Shown here: positions 63,352 to 64,000 of the stretch, piece after piece
How positions within the stretch are numbered: the stretch's first letter is position 1
Layout of the letters: each line of letters starts with the position of its first letter
NCBI GenBank assembly: GCA_023415795.1
Contig: JAEZJG010000021.1
Location: 28,876-92,875 of the forward strand
Length of the DNA stretch: 64,000 nt
Source: Bacillota bacterium
GTDB lineage: Bacteria; Bacillota; Clostridia; Christensenellales; SZUA-584
Reading direction: 5' to 3'
Notes under the pieces: generated by a model
Told to the model about the DNA's origin: nothing
What the model saw: the letters and a program-made list of their open reading frames with translations, nothing else
Databases searched by the model: none
Translations under genes and position numbers: made by a program

Positions 63352-64000
63352 TCAAACCTCTTTCACAGTTCCCCCTTCAAGCAATGCACCCGGCACAATA
63401 ACCTGCGCCGGAACAAACAGCTTCGGGGTCTCAATTTCGGATACCAGCTTCGCAGCGGCTTTGCGGCCGATGCCTTCCGCATCCTGACGATAGGTGGTAA
63501 GCCGGGGGCGCAGCGCCTGCGAAAGCAGTATGCCGTCGAAGCCTACCACGCTGATGTCCTCCGGAATGTGCAGCCCCTGCCGTTCCAGCTCCGTCATGCC
63601 ACCCAGAAACGAAAAGTCATCGGGATACAGTATGCAAGTGGGGCGGTTTTTCAATGCCAGCAGTTCTCGCGTGGCCAGACCGCTCAGCTTGGGGTCGTGA
63701 TACAATGCCGCTTTTACATATTCATCCGGCACGTCTATGCCGAGGTTTGTGCATGTTTTATGGAAGCTGCCCAAACGCTTCTTTGTAACAGACGTATCTT
63801 CGCCGTGTATAAAGGCGATTTTCCTGTGCCCCTTTTTATACAGCGCATTCACAATCTCTTCCATGCTGCCCACGTTGTCCGACAATATGGCCGTGCGGTG
63901 ATTGAATACATGATCTATCGTCACCACTGGAATATCGCTTTCCACCAGCTTGATAACGTCGGGATCCGCAAAGTCTACCGAAGCAATCACCACGCCGTCG
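63352..64000 (-). CDS. LacI-family transcriptional regulator; partial, N-terminal HTH lies beyond the window end
   Basis: Periplasmic-binding-protein-like sugar-binding domain (IPVVTIDHVF...GHRKIAFIHGE...ILYPDDFSFLG...DISVVGFD). Confidence 0.8.
   Translation of the reverse strand, partial: DGVVIASVDFADPDVIKLVESDIPVVTIDHVFNHRTAILSDNVGSMEEIVNALYKKGHRKIAFIHGEDTSVTKKRLGSFHKTCTNLGIDVPDEYVKAALYHDPKLSGLATRELLALKNRPTCILYPDDFSFLGGMTELERQGLHIPEDISVVGFDGILLSQALRPRLTTYRQDAEGIGRKAAAKLVSEIETPKLFVPAQVIVPGALLEGGTVKEV

Noticed and set aside
1-64000. A whole-window scan for rRNA, tRNA, CRISPR arrays, transposases, integrases and phage genes.
   Set aside because: I recognised none. The only repeats are the 62-nt double-hairpin pair and coding low-complexity regions.

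Overview
This is a 64-kb chromosomal, mostly housekeeping segment of a high-G+C genome. By eye, most genes are well above 50% G+C. Gene order is typical of Bacillota/Clostridia: mltG-ylbF-rnj, hslVU-trmFO-topA ... dprA-comM, yraN-rnhB-rbgA, rplS. I support about 60 protein genes and found no rRNA, tRNA, CRISPR array, transposase or integrase.

Blocks in order:
- Partial peptidase U32, then mltG, a ylbF-like gene and rnj.
- A divergent acetate-kinase paralog.
- A small AT-rich patch with a 59-codon ORF and a decayed DUF559 gene. Two copies of a double-hairpin repeat bracket it.
- A nucleotidyltransferase/PMM-like fusion gene and an AT-rich membrane-protein gene.
- hslU, hslV, trmFO and topA, then a divergent GntR regulator, then dprA and comM.
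- GtrA plus two GT-C membrane glycosyltransferases.
- yraN, rnhB and rbgA, then rplS.
- An ECF S-component and a P-loop kinase behind a structured leader.
- A complete shikimate/Tyr/Phe operon: aroF-tyrA-aroB-aroA-aroC-pheA-aroE::aroK-aroQ.
- A low-GC TPR orphan gene.
- PadR-DUF1700-DUF4097, then hflK and hflC.
- A zinc-ribbon protein and a Cys-rich protein.
- recX, birA, a P1 peptidase and nnr.
- E1alpha-E1beta-E2 of a 2-oxoacid/acetoin dehydrogenase, with no E3 in the window.
- prsA, an ADP-ribosylglycohydrolase and a GNAT acetyltransferase.
- A ykoEDC-type ECF transporter co-transcribed with a DUF169 gene.
- A NifS-like and a TtcA-like gene.
- A sugar ABC transporter with a partial LacI regulator at the window end.

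Best candidates for something new:
1. A promoter, a Tyr/Phe-rich leader ORF and a terminator directly upstream of the aro operon. This looks like ribosome-mediated attenuation.
2. A structured, terminator-containing leader in front of the ECF S-component and uridine-kinase-like kinase pair. I could not assign it to a riboswitch class.
3. A ykoEDC-like ECF transporter that lacks a THI-box and carries DUF169 as its fourth gene.
4. A GtrA plus two GT-C glycosylation locus with no GT2 partner.
5. A double-hairpin intergenic repeat whose two copies show compensatory base changes.

No obvious defence island or mobile element is present. Every functional call comes from motif recognition in the translations, not from database searches.
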